Assembly (NCBI GenBank): GCA_963811585.1
Contig: CAWERR010000009.1
Coordinates: 150,282-214,281, forward strand
DNA from: an uncultured Actinomycetota bacterium
GTDB lineage: Bacteria > Actinomycetota > Actinomycetes > Propionibacteriales > Nocardioidaceae
Direction of reading: 5' to 3'
Length of the DNA stretch: 64,000 bases
Of this stretch, positions 16,832 through 25,952 are shown piece by piece. The notes below the pieces were generated by a model, which saw only the letters and a program-made list of their open reading frames with translations, was not told the DNA's origin and did not search any database. Made by a program: the position numbers and the translations under genes. Numbering within the stretch: the stretch's first letter is position 1; every line of letters begins with the position of its first letter.

Positions 16832-18364
16832 GTGATGGACGACGACCGGCCCACCGGAGAGGCTGTCGAAGAAGCACCTGCTTCGACTGATGAGCTCGAC
16901 CCACAGCGCTGGCTCGCGCTCGGCATCATCGCCGTCGCCCAGCTGATGATCATCCTGGACGCGTCGATCGTGAACATCGCGCTGCCCTCCGCACAGGAGG
17001 ACCTCGGGATCAGCGACGCCGATCGGCAATGGGTCGTCACGGCATACACGCTCGCCTTCGGCGGCTTCCTGTTGCTCGGCGGCCGGATCGCCGACTACAC
17101 GGGCCGCAAACGCACGTTCATCATCGGACTCATCGGCTTCGCGGGCGCCTCCGCGCTCGGCGGCATCGCCACCACCGCGGGCATGTTGTATGCCGCTCGA
17201 GGTCTCCAAGGCGCGTTCGCCGCGCTGATGGCACCCGCCTCGCTGTCCCTGATCACCGTCATGTTCACCCTTCCCAAGGAGCGCGCAAAGGCCTTCGGGG
17301 TCTTCGGCGCAGTGAGTGGCGGTGGCGCGGCCATCGGGCTGATCGTCGGCGGCGTGTTGACCGAGTACGCCTCGTGGCGCTGGTGCCTTGGTGTCAACGT
17401 GCCGTTCGCCCTCGGCACGGCTTTGGCCGCGTGGCCGGTCGTGCACGAGAGCAAGGCTCACGGCGACACCCGTTACGACATCCCGGGCGCCATCTTGGCC
17501 ACAACTGGCCTGGTCTCCCTCGTCTACGGCTTCACCGAGGCCGCGAAGCTCAAGGACCCCGGCCAGAGCACCGAGGTGCAAGGCTGGACCGCGCCCTCGA
17601 CGGTGTTCTTCCTGGCTGCTGCGGTGGTGCTGCTCGTCGCGTTCGTCTTGTGGGAGATGCGCGCCAAGAACCCACTCCTCCCGCTCCGCATCGTCCTCGA
17701 TCGAAACCGTGGCGGGTCCTACCTGGTCTTTTTGCTGGTCGGTGCCGGCCTGTTCGCGATGTTCCTGTTCCTCACCTACTACTTCCAGATCACGTTGGGC
17801 TACAGCCCGCTGAAGTCCGGCTTCGCATTCCTGCCGTTCAGCATCGGCATCATCGTCACCGCCGGGATTGTGGCTCAGCTGCTTCCGAAGATCGGTCCGA
17901 AGCCACTGATGGTCCCCGGCATGGTGATGGCCGTTGTCGGCATGCTCCTGCTCCTGCTGATCACACCTGACACGGCGTACTGGTCGCATGTGTTGCCGGC
18001 GATGATCATCATGAGCGCAGGCCTGGCGGGCGTCTTCATCCCCGCGGCCAGCACGGCCCTCGTCGGCGTCGGTCACCACGATGCCGGGGTGGCCAGCGCC
18101 GTGCTCAACACAGCCCAGCAGGTTGGCGGCTCGCTTGGGCTGGCCCTGCTCAACACGTTGTACGCCGCGGCGGTGACGGACTACATGGCCGAGAACCTGA
18201 CGGACCCCGCAGACACCGCGAGCGTGACACAGCTGGCACTGGTCCGTGGATTCCACGTCTCGTTCTTCTGGGGAGCGGTGATGTTCTTCCTGGCGCTGCT
18301 CACAGTCATCTTCCTCATCAACGCGAAGAAGGAAGACGTGCCGACCGAGCCGGGCATGGTCTGA
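16832..18364 (+). CDS. MFS transporter, DHA2 (EmrB/QacA-like, 14-TMS) drug:H+ antiporter family
   Basis: 510 aa. LALGIIAVAQLMIILDASIVNIALPS and GGRIADYTGRKRTFI are DHA2 hallmarks. Confidence 0.85.
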   Translation: MMDDDRPTGEAVEEAPASTDELDPQRWLALGIIAVAQLMIILDASIVNIALPSAQEDLGISDADRQWVVTAYTLAFGGFLLLGGRIADYTGRKRTFIIGLIGFAGASALGGIATTAGMLYAARGLQGAFAALMAPASLSLITVMFTLPKERAKAFGVFGAVSGGGAAIGLIVGGVLTEYASWRWCLGVNVPFALGTALAAWPVVHESKAHGDTRYDIPGAILATTGLVSLVYGFTEAAKLKDPGQSTEVQGWTAPSTVFFLAAAVVLLVAFVLWEMRAKNPLLPLRIVLDRNRGGSYLVFLLVGAGLFAMFLFLTYYFQITLGYSPLKSGFAFLPFSIGIIVTAGIVAQLLPKIGPKPLMVPGMVMAVVGMLLLLLITPDTAYWSHVLPAMIIMSAGLAGVFIPAASTALVGVGHHDAGVASAVLNTAQQVGGSLGLALLNTLYAAAVTDYMAENLTDPADTASVTQLALVRGFHVSFFWGAVMFFLALLTVIFLINAKKEDVPTEPGMV

Positions 18365-18390
18365 CGGCTCGACGAGTCAAACGCTGACGT

Positions 18391-19806
18391 TCAGGCAGCG
18401 TTGTCTGGGTTGAGGCGGTGGGTGCCGGTGTGGTCGACGAGCCAGTATCTGCCGTGGGGTGATCGCCACAGGTAGATGCCGGGGAAGGGTTGTTTCACTT
18501 GCCATTTGCCGTGGGTGCGGATGCGGTGATGTCGTCGGGTCAGGGGTCCGAGTTTCCCGATCCCGGTTTGCCCGGGTGGTCCCCCGCCGCTTCCGTTGGT
18601 CGAGCCGGTTCCGCCGGTCGAGCTTGTCGAGTCCCCGGCGGTCGAGCTTGTTGAGACCATGGGCAGGTAGGGGATGGTGTGGTCGAGGTCCATTGTGCGG
18701 CTGGTGCAGGACGCGTAGGGGAAGGTGTCGGCCGGGGTGATGATGTGGATGGCTTCGCGTATCTGGTCGGGGATTTCGTAGGCGTCGACGGGGGCGATGC
18801 CGGCGATGTCGATCACGGGTTTGAGGCTGATGGTGCAGTCGCCGAGCCATCGTTTGGCTTGGTCAACGGTGACGGGTCCGATCCCTTCCACCCGGGCTAC
18901 CCCGTCACCGGAGTCCAGCGATTCCTTGGTCATGTGGACGTAGAGGACGGCTTTGGGTCGTGGGTCGACCTTGATGCTGACTCCCCGCACGAACGGAGTC
19001 GGGTTCCCACTCGGCTCGACCGACGCGGGTAGGTCTGTGGTCTGGGCGGTGGCGTAGAGGTCCATGGTGAGCTGTGGGTTGGCGAGGATGCCGAGGGCTT
19101 TGGACCGGCGGATGTCTTTCGAATCCGAATCGCCGAGGAGTCCGAGGGCGTCGGCGGTGCGGTTGAGGCCGGCGTCGAATTGGAGGGCGTCTGGTCCGGC
19201 GGCGGCGAAGGCTCCGGTGATGGTGCCGGTCTCATCGGCCGGGTTGAGCCAGACTCCGCGGTTGCGGCGGTGGGATTCTTCGCGTTGGCGGGCGTAGTCG
19301 GGGTCGGTGTCGATGATCGCGGCCTGGACTACTTTGGCGAGGCGTCCCCAGGTCAGCGAGTGGGCGTATTTGGCGACCCGTCGGTCCACCACGGCTGCGG
19401 TCTCTTGGGAGACGTCGCGGGTGTCGGTGGCGATCTGGCGTCCGATCCACGGTTTCACCTCCCCGGCACAGATCCGTGCCCACAGCATCGGCAGGCGGTG
19501 ACGCAGGTCGAGGGCGTCGCCGATCAACCTGGCGGCGGATGCGGGGGAGATGGCGAGTTCGGCACCGAGTTCGGCGGGGCAGAACTCCGACACCTCAGGG
19601 GTGCCGTCGCCGCCGTAGCAGATCATCTGCTCGACTCCGGGTAGCTCGTAGCTGGTGGGTTCGAGGACGCCGTTGAGGTCGGCCCAGTGGGCGGCGTCTT
19701 GCAAGATGGCGACCTCGGCACGTTGCGCCGATGCTTGCATTGCTCTGATGTGTCGCAGGGTGGCGTCTGCGTCGAGGTTGCTGCGGTCGGTGTTGGTGTC
19801 GAGCAT
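18391..19806 (-). CDS. DUF222 / HNH endonuclease (REP13E12-like family) carrying an in-frame repeat insertion
   Basis: 471 aa with the DUF222-type N-terminal region. HNH signature DLDHTIPY ... GGGPPGQTGIGKLGPLTRRHHRIRTHGKWQ. A 22-24 aa STSST-rich insert lies between the two halves. Confidence 0.8.
   Translation of the reverse strand: MLDTNTDRSNLDADATLRHIRAMQASAQRAEVAILQDAAHWADLNGVLEPTSYELPGVEQMICYGGDGTPEVSEFCPAELGAELAISPASAARLIGDALDLRHRLPMLWARICAGEVKPWIGRQIATDTRDVSQETAAVVDRRVAKYAHSLTWGRLAKVVQAAIIDTDPDYARQREESHRRNRGVWLNPADETGTITGAFAAAGPDALQFDAGLNRTADALGLLGDSDSKDIRRSKALGILANPQLTMDLYATAQTTDLPASVEPSGNPTPFVRGVSIKVDPRPKAVLYVHMTKESLDSGDGVARVEGIGPVTVDQAKRWLGDCTISLKPVIDIAGIAPVDAYEIPDQIREAIHIITPADTFPYASCTSRTMDLDHTIPYLPMVSTSSTAGDSTSSTGGTGSTNGSGGGPPGQTGIGKLGPLTRRHHRIRTHGKWQVKQPFPGIYLWRSPHGRYWLVDHTGTHRLNPDNAA
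18598..18658 (-). repeat. three tandem copies (one degenerate) of the GGGTCTCGACAAGCTCGACC repeat family inside the HNH CDS
   Basis: The plus strand reads ggtcgagccggttccgcc / ggtcgagcttgtcgagtcc / ggtcgagcttgttgagacc. The last two copies have a 24-nt period, so the reading frame is kept. Confidence 0.8.
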
Positions 19807-19894
19807 GGGGCTGAATCTATCGGTGGCCGCCGACAGTTCTGAGGCTCAGAATCCCTTATGCACAACGGGCTTTCGAGACTTTCTTGCCTCGTTT

Positions 19895-20093
19895 CCGGTG
19901 ATCGAGCGTGTCGAGATCACCGGGTCTCGACAAGCTCGACCGCCGGGTCTCGACAAGCTCGACCAGCCTGTGCGTTCCGCAGCCGCCGGCGTGTGGCAAC
20001 CAACAGCGCGGCTTCCGGCGTTGCTGCGCCTTTCACCACGAGCGAAACCGCGGGGGTCTCGACAAGCTCGACCGACGGGGGCAGCTCGACCGG
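19895..20093. repeat. cluster of the same repeat family (one inverted copy, two tandem copies with 23-nt period, one more plus a partial copy)
   Basis: ccggtgatcgagcgtgtcgagatcaccgg at 19895-19923. gggtctcgacaagctcgacc at 19922-19941, 19945-19964 and 20054-20073. Partial cagctcgaccgg near 20082. Confidence 0.8.
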
Positions 20094-20200
20094 CGAGGGG
20101 TTCCTCGAGCGGCAGTGGGACAGCGCGACCGCCGTGGTGGCGGTACTCGACGGTGCATATCCTCGGGTGATCCGTGCAGGCCCCAACACCAAGGAGACCA

Positions 20201-21088
20201 GTGGCTGAGTCCTTGATGATCCATGTCGATGGGCAGTTGTTGCCGCGCGACGAAGCCCGCATCTCGGTGTTCGATGCCGGCTTCCAGTCGGGTGACGCGA
20301 TCTGGGAGGGGCTGCGTATCTACAACGGCCAGCCGTTCCGCCTCGAGCGGCACCTCGATCGTCTCGAACAGTCGGCCACGGCACTGCGCATTGCCCTGCC
20401 AGGCGCCCGAGCCGACATCGAGGCCGCCCTTCGTGACACTCTCGATGCAAACGGTATGACGGACGACGCCCACGTCCGACTCATGGTGACTCGTGGCGCG
20501 CGCTCCACCTCAGGGATGGACCCTGCGAACGCCCCGGCGCGAGGCAGCCTCGTCATCATCGCCGAGCACAAGCCGGTCGAGCCCAGCCCGACACCGCAAC
20601 GACTCCGCACGGCAAGCATCCGGCGACCCCCGCCGCACGTGCTCGACCCGGGCATCCATCACGCCAACCAGCTCAACTCGATCCTGGCCCGGCTCGAGGT
20701 GACCGAGGATGCGGACGTCGACGCTGCCCTGATGCTCGACGTGCACGGGTACGTCGCCGAAGCCGACACGGCGAACATCTTCTGCGTCATCGGCGGAGTC
20801 TTGCTGACGCCGCTGGCAACCGCCTGCCTGCACGGCATCACCAGGCAGATCGTCCTCGATCTCGCCCAAGCACGAGGCGCGACGGAAGCACTCGCTGCCC
20901 GCGAGCAGCAGCTGACGTTGTTCGACCTCTACCGCGCCGACGAAGTGTTCGTGACAGGGACGGTTTGCGAGCTCGTCCCGGTGACCACGATCGACCGCCG
21001 ACAGATCGGGAGCGGGAAGCCGGGACCGGTCTGGCAGAGCCTGCTCGACGACTATCGAGCGCTGGTGCAAGAAGAGACAACGGCCTGA
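20201..21088 (+). CDS. class IV (fold type IV) aminotransferase: branched-chain aa / D-aa aminotransferase or ADC lyase-like
   Basis: GTG at 20201 lies 4 nt after AAGGAG (20191-20196). ISVFDAGFQSGDAIWEGLRIYNG...RLERHLDRL is typical of the family. Confidence 0.75.
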   Translation: MAESLMIHVDGQLLPRDEARISVFDAGFQSGDAIWEGLRIYNGQPFRLERHLDRLEQSATALRIALPGARADIEAALRDTLDANGMTDDAHVRLMVTRGARSTSGMDPANAPARGSLVIIAEHKPVEPSPTPQRLRTASIRRPPPHVLDPGIHHANQLNSILARLEVTEDADVDAALMLDVHGYVAEADTANIFCVIGGVLLTPLATACLHGITRQIVLDLAQARGATEALAAREQQLTLFDLYRADEVFVTGTVCELVPVTTIDRRQIGSGKPGPVWQSLLDDYRALVQEETTA

Positions 21089-21094
21089 GCCAGC

Positions 21095-22651
21095 TCACTC
21101 CGTCGGCGCACCGCGCACAGCGATGTGGGTCAACGCACGCAGCGCTGGCTCGGCGGCGAACAGAGCCATGGACGTCTGGGTGTCGCCGAACAGCTCGATC
21201 AGCCACTCGCGACCGTCGTGGCCGGGCTCACCCGCTGCGACGACTGACACGTAGCCCATCCGGGCCAAGTACGCCCGCTCGGTCTCTTCACCGTCAGTGA
21301 GCGATGCTGAGTACGAACCGCCTCTGAGGGCTGCCAGAGTCGCGGGGAAGTCCTCTGCGTTGTACGGCGTGCCAGACGTCAGCTCGACGCCCGAAAGCAG
21401 GCCTCGCGCATCAGGTCGCAGCATCCGACCGAGTACGTCGATCAGGACGCCTTCGTGGTTGCAGCTGACCCACCACGACGCCACGTCGTACACCTGTGAG
21501 ATCACGTCGGCGGCAATCTGAAGACGCCATTCGACGGTGTTCTCGGGCGCTGCCGCGAACGATCGCAGTGCCACGTCCATGACGATGCCGGCGTCCTCAG
21601 GCAACAACGCAGCCACAGGAGTCGGTGAAAGCAGGACCCCCTCCGTGGCGACGCGTCTGGTGCGCTTGTGGCGGTACTGGGCCGCGTCGGCAAGACGCAA
21701 CAGGGTGCGTGCGGCGGTCTTCGGCGACTCGCTGGGATCGGGCCGGCTCGCCGTCGTGGCAGCCCCCACCGCCAGGCCGGTGCCGTGCGGCAACGGCATG
21801 TCGGCCAGCCGCTTCTCCAAGGCTTGCACTTCATCCTTCTCGGCGCCGCAGATGAGGACGACGAACTCGTCGCCACCCATCCTGGTGACATGTACGTCGG
21901 CCAGATCCTCGGCTGCTGTCGTGATTTGAGACGCGACCAGCTTGAGCAGATCGTCACCAGCCGTGTGGCCGAACGAGTCGTTGATCTTTTTCAATCCGTT
22001 GATGTCGCATAGCACCACTGACACCGGGTCGAAGACAGTCTGCGTGTCGAGCCTGCGTTCGAGCCACTCGTCGGCTGCGCGGCGGTTTCCGACGCCCGTC
22101 AGGGCGTCGGTGTACGCCAGGTGAGAAAGGTCCGCCAGCAACTCGAGGCGCGACAAGCCTGCCGACATGAGCCCGACCAGTACTTCACCGACGGCCAGGT
22201 CCACGTCATCGAACTGCTCGCCGTCCTCGCGCGCAAGGTAGATGTCGCCCCACACACGGTCCGCAACCCGCACCTGGAACGAAGCAGCGTGGCGCTTGCC
22301 GATTCTCACCAGCAGGTCGCGGTCAGGACCTGCGGTGTCGGGGTCGTCGAGAGAGCCGCGCCAGGAGCGTTCGCCGCCGCCGACCGTCGTCATCAGTTGG
22401 GAGTACTCGCTCAGCAGGTAGTAGGAGTCCTGCGGCCACATTTCTTCCCACTCCGTCAGCTGGCCAAGGTTGTGCAGGATTTTGACCCGGCCGCGTTCGA
22501 GCTCGAAACGGGACACCGAGGCCGACGCCGCGCTGAGTGCGGTCAGCGCCGTGCCGAGGGTTTGTTCGGCGAGCTCCTTGACCGACATACACGTCAAGGT
22601 CGCCTCGGCGTAGTCGCGCAGGAGGTGCCAGCGGTCAGCAGTTGCAGACAT
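21095..22651 (-). CDS. GGDEF diguanylate cyclase with GAF-like sensor regions
   Basis: ATG at 22651. DALTGVGNRRAADEWL and RMGGDEFVVL (GGDEF active site). Confidence 0.8.
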   Translation of the reverse strand: MSATADRWHLLRDYAEATLTCMSVKELAEQTLGTALTALSAASASVSRFELERGRVKILHNLGQLTEWEEMWPQDSYYLLSEYSQLMTTVGGGERSWRGSLDDPDTAGPDRDLLVRIGKRHAASFQVRVADRVWGDIYLAREDGEQFDDVDLAVGEVLVGLMSAGLSRLELLADLSHLAYTDALTGVGNRRAADEWLERRLDTQTVFDPVSVVLCDINGLKKINDSFGHTAGDDLLKLVASQITTAAEDLADVHVTRMGGDEFVVLICGAEKDEVQALEKRLADMPLPHGTGLAVGAATTASRPDPSESPKTAARTLLRLADAAQYRHKRTRRVATEGVLLSPTPVAALLPEDAGIVMDVALRSFAAAPENTVEWRLQIAADVISQVYDVASWWVSCNHEGVLIDVLGRMLRPDARGLLSGVELTSGTPYNAEDFPATLAALRGGSYSASLTDGEETERAYLARMGYVSVVAAGEPGHDGREWLIELFGDTQTSMALFAAEPALRALTHIAVRGAPTE

Positions 22652-22947
22652 CTCGCCCCCTAACGCGCGTCGATGTTCCATGGGTGTTCGCGGATTGTCC
22701 TCCTACGGTTACCCTCGCAGAAGGCGAACGACACCGTTATCTCGCGGGCATCCACCGAACGACGCGAAGTTTCGACTGATATACCCGGGGATGCCAGGAG
22801 TTCGCCGCGGTCACGACTGACTCGGAAGCAGAGCGTGGACCCGCTCACGGATACGTTATCTCAATGGCTGTGATTCGAACGGAGTTATCCCGCGGCGGTA
22901 GATCCGCTCCCCTTGGAGGGATCCATGGCCCTCGCTACGTTAGGACC

Positions 22948-23232
22948 ATGGCGAATCAACTGCGGCGGGTACGAGCAGCGGTTACGCTACGTTTGTCGGC
23001 TTCGCAGCGTAGATTTCTCGGTGTCAATGTCGCTGCCGATGTCCCGGAACGGCCCCGGAAGGCGAAATCCGTGAACGACCAGCTGGACGTCAAAGTCCAC
23101 GACAGCCAGGTCCTCGACGAGATCGAGATGATGACCAATCTCATCATCGCGACGTCTGAGGCCGACGGTCCGCTGAGTCAGGGCCAGATCGACACGATCC
23201 TCGGCGTCCGCGAGGATGTGCCACACATCTGA
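22948..23232 (+). CDS. small conserved-looking hypothetical protein
   Basis: MANQLRRVRAAV...MMTNLIIATSEADGPLSQGQIDTILGV. The start is uncertain (22864 or 22948). Confidence 0.45.
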   Translation: MANQLRRVRAAVTLRLSASQRRFLGVNVAADVPERPRKAKSVNDQLDVKVHDSQVLDEIEMMTNLIIATSEADGPLSQGQIDTILGVREDVPHI

Positions 23233-23337
23233 GCGCAGGTTCTTCTCGATCCAGCGCGGTGCACGACGCGGTTGCACGGTCGTGGCAGCCACCCCCTAGC
23301 ATTGCGTTGATCATTCCGCATTCGACGGGAGTATGCC

Positions 23338-23955
23338 GTGCCCTTCCGTTTTCGCCCCACGGACACGACGTTCTACGATCTCTTCGCCGATTCGGCCAAG
23401 AACCTTGTTGTCGGGGCAGAACTGCTCGCCGAGATGCTCCCCGTCGACAGTGACCGTAAGACCATTGCAGCCCGCATGCGCGAGGCCGAGCACAACGGAG
23501 ACGAGACCACCCACGCCATCGTGCGCCGGGTCAACACGACGTTCGTGACGCCGTTTGACCGCGAAGACATCTACCGCCTCTCAGCCGCCCTCGACGACGT
23601 CATGGACTTCATGGAGGAAGCCGTCGACCTCGTCATCTTGTATGAGATCGACGAGCTTCCCAGCGAGCTCGCCAACCAAGTCGAAGTGCTGCAGCGGTCG
23701 GCCGAGCTGACTGCCGAGGCGATGCCGCGGTTGCGCACCATGCGCAACCTCGAGGAGTACTGGATCGAGATCAACCGCCTCGAGAATGATGGTGACAAGT
23801 CCTATCGCCGCATCGTGGCGAAGCTGTTCAACGGCCAGTACGACGCCCTGACGGTTCTCAAGTTCAAGGACGTCGTTGATTCGCTCGAGGCGGCCATTGA
23901 CGCCTTCGAGAAGGTGGCCAACGTCGTCGAGCAGATCGCCGTCAAGGAGTCCTAG
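23338..23955 (+). CDS. DUF47 (PhoU-like, YkaA/PitR type) phosphate-transport accessory protein
   Basis: GTG start. FYDLFADSAKNLVVGAELLAEML and TPFDREDIYRLSAALDDVMD are typical, and it sits directly upstream of pit. Confidence 0.8.
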   Translation: MPFRFRPTDTTFYDLFADSAKNLVVGAELLAEMLPVDSDRKTIAARMREAEHNGDETTHAIVRRVNTTFVTPFDREDIYRLSAALDDVMDFMEEAVDLVILYEIDELPSELANQVEVLQRSAELTAEAMPRLRTMRNLEEYWIEINRLENDGDKSYRRIVAKLFNGQYDALTVLKFKDVVDSLEAAIDAFEKVANVVEQIAVKES

Positions 23956-24013
23956 GGATGACCTTCCGGTCAGGTAGGTCATCGTCGCGCGCGCACTCCC
24001 TCGAGGGCGGCCA

Positions 24014-25006
24014 ATGGAGCTAGCGCTCGTCATCGCCGTCGTCGTCATCGCGTTGGGATTCGACTACACCAACGGTTTCCATGACGCCGCCAACGCGATC
24101 GCGACCTCGGTCTCGACACGTGCACTGACACCGCGCATCGCACTCATCTTGGCGGCGGTCATGAACTTCGCCGGAGCGTTCCTGGGACAAGAGATCGCCA
24201 CCACAGTGAGCGACGTCATCTCGCCGCCGAGCGGCAACCAGGGGCTCGTCGTAGTCGCGGCTGGTTTGATCGGCGCGATCGCCTGGAACCTCACCACCTG
24301 GTACTTCGGTTTGCCGTCCTCGTCGTCGCATGCCCTGATCGGGGGCCTAGTGGGCGCCGCCCTCGCCTCGGGCAGCTTCGTGGACTGGACGTCCATCCAG
24401 GAGAAGGTCCTGATCCCGATGGTGGCGTCACCACTGGTGGGCTTCATCGTGGCCTTCGCCTTCATGCTCGCGATCATGTGGATTTTCCGGCGCCGTAACC
24501 CCGGCCCGACCAACCGCGGCTTTCGGTTGGCGCAGACCGTTTCTGCAGCGGCCATGGCACTTGGCCACGGCCTGCAGGACGCCCAAAAGACGATGGGTGT
24601 CATCTTCCTTGCCCTCGTCACGGGAGGCTACGCAGCGCCCGGTGATGATCTGCCGACGTGGGTCATCGCCTCCGCAGCGGGCGCAATCTCGCTCGGCACG
24701 TATTCCGGTGGGTGGCGCATCATGCGCACTCTCGGCCGCCGCATCATCCACCTCGACCCGCCTCGAGGCTTCGCTGCAGAGACCACGGCCGCCTCGATCC
24801 TCTACGTGACGGCCTACGTATTCCACGCCCCGATCTCCACCACCCACAGCATCACCTCAGCGGTGATGGGTGCCGGGGCCACCAGGGGCAAGGGCGCAGT
24901 CCGCTGGGGGGTCGCAAAGTCGATCGTCGGTGCGTGGGTGCTCACGTTCCCGATGGCTGGGCTCGCTGCTGCAGTCGTGTACGCCGCCGTGCGCTTTATC
25001 GCCTGA
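24014..25006 (+). CDS. pit: inorganic phosphate transporter, PiT family
   Basis: GFDYTNGFHDAANAIATSVSTRAL and ISTTHSITSAVMGAGA are PHO4/PiT signature repeats. Confidence 0.9.
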   Translation: MELALVIAVVVIALGFDYTNGFHDAANAIATSVSTRALTPRIALILAAVMNFAGAFLGQEIATTVSDVISPPSGNQGLVVVAAGLIGAIAWNLTTWYFGLPSSSSHALIGGLVGAALASGSFVDWTSIQEKVLIPMVASPLVGFIVAFAFMLAIMWIFRRRNPGPTNRGFRLAQTVSAAAMALGHGLQDAQKTMGVIFLALVTGGYAAPGDDLPTWVIASAAGAISLGTYSGGWRIMRTLGRRIIHLDPPRGFAAETTAASILYVTAYVFHAPISTTHSITSAVMGAGATRGKGAVRWGVAKSIVGAWVLTFPMAGLAAAVVYAAVRFIA

Positions 25007-25008
25007 GG

Positions 25009-25893
25009 TCACTCGGGCCGGTGGTGCTCCGTGGCCACGATCTTGCCCTTGGCCCGATGCAGCACCACGACATCGGCGGGAGACATGGCGATCGGGTCGA
25101 GGCCGAGAGCGGCATACATCTCAGGCAAGACCGGACGATGGGAGCAGTAGGCAACCCGCTTGCTGCCTGCCAACGCCTTCCCGAGCCTACGATGAATGCG
25201 TCGCGGGTCGGCGGCGGCCTCCGACAGAGCGGGATCGAGCCTCATCCTCGCGCCGGACGCGTTCGCGAACGGCAGCACGGAGTCGACACATCGCACTGCG
25301 TCGCTCGATACCACCCGCCGGATGGCGTACACCTGCAGCAGAGCCGTGATGTGCTCGGTCTGCGCGTAGCCGTCGTCGTTGAGCGTGCGTTCGGAGTCGT
25401 CGCCTTTCCATGCCTTGCGGCTCTGCGCCTCCGCATGCCGGACGAGCACCAGCGGGCTGCTGGCGTATGCCGCCTTGGCGAACCGCCGGACGAGCTGTAC
25501 GTCGTGGGGGTAACTGAGCTTCCGGAGCGCTGAGCTGATCGAAACCCAACGGGCATCGCTGACCTCGTCGTTGGGCTCGAATCGACTCAGGTCAGAGTCG
25601 TCGCCGGCGCGAGCAGCCCAGTAGTTGACCACTTTCGGTCGAGGCTCGGCGTCACTGGCGCCGACTTCGTAGCGTTGCTCCGGTAACGGCACTCCCAGGG
25701 CGACTTGCAATCCCGTCTCTTCCCGCACCTCCCGCACGGCCGCCACCGGGCTCAGCTCGCCCTGGTCGAGCTTGCCCTTGGGCAGGGACCAATCTCCGTA
25801 GCGGGGACGGTGGACCAGGACCACCTCCGGCTCGTGGCTGCCGTGGCGCCAGACCACGGCACCCGCCGCTCTGATCAGTCGGGTGGGCGCCAC
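25009..25893 (-). CDS. bifunctional NUDIX hydrolase / histidine-phosphatase protein (MutT1-like)
   Basis: Nudix box GKLDQGELSPVAAVREVREETG is followed by the histidine-phosphatase LVLVRHAEA. It neighbours ppk1, as in Mycobacterium. Confidence 0.75.
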   Translation of the reverse strand: MAPTRLIRAAGAVVWRHGSHEPEVVLVHRPRYGDWSLPKGKLDQGELSPVAAVREVREETGLQVALGVPLPEQRYEVGASDAEPRPKVVNYWAARAGDDSDLSRFEPNDEVSDARWVSISSALRKLSYPHDVQLVRRFAKAAYASSPLVLVRHAEAQSRKAWKGDDSERTLNDDGYAQTEHITALLQVYAIRRVVSSDAVRCVDSVLPFANASGARMRLDPALSEAAADPRRIHRRLGKALAGSKRVAYCSHRPVLPEMYAALGLDPIAMSPADVVVLHRAKGKIVATEHHRPE

Positions 25894-25952
25894 GATCGAC
25901 TACTCTCACATGCGGGCACGACAGGTGTCCATCGAGTCGAGGGGCACCGGCA

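Noticed and set aside
16820-18256. 478-aa minus-strand ORF
   Set aside because: It is antisense to the DHA2 MFS gene and has an Arg/His/Asp/Gly-rich, non-membrane-like composition.
22682-22947. Riboswitch or structured leader in the GGDEF / small-gene intergenic region
   Set aside because: I could not fold it into any riboswitch class I know (no GEMM, ydaO, SAM or cobalamin-like conserved cores). Only the short GTTATC motif recurrence is reported.
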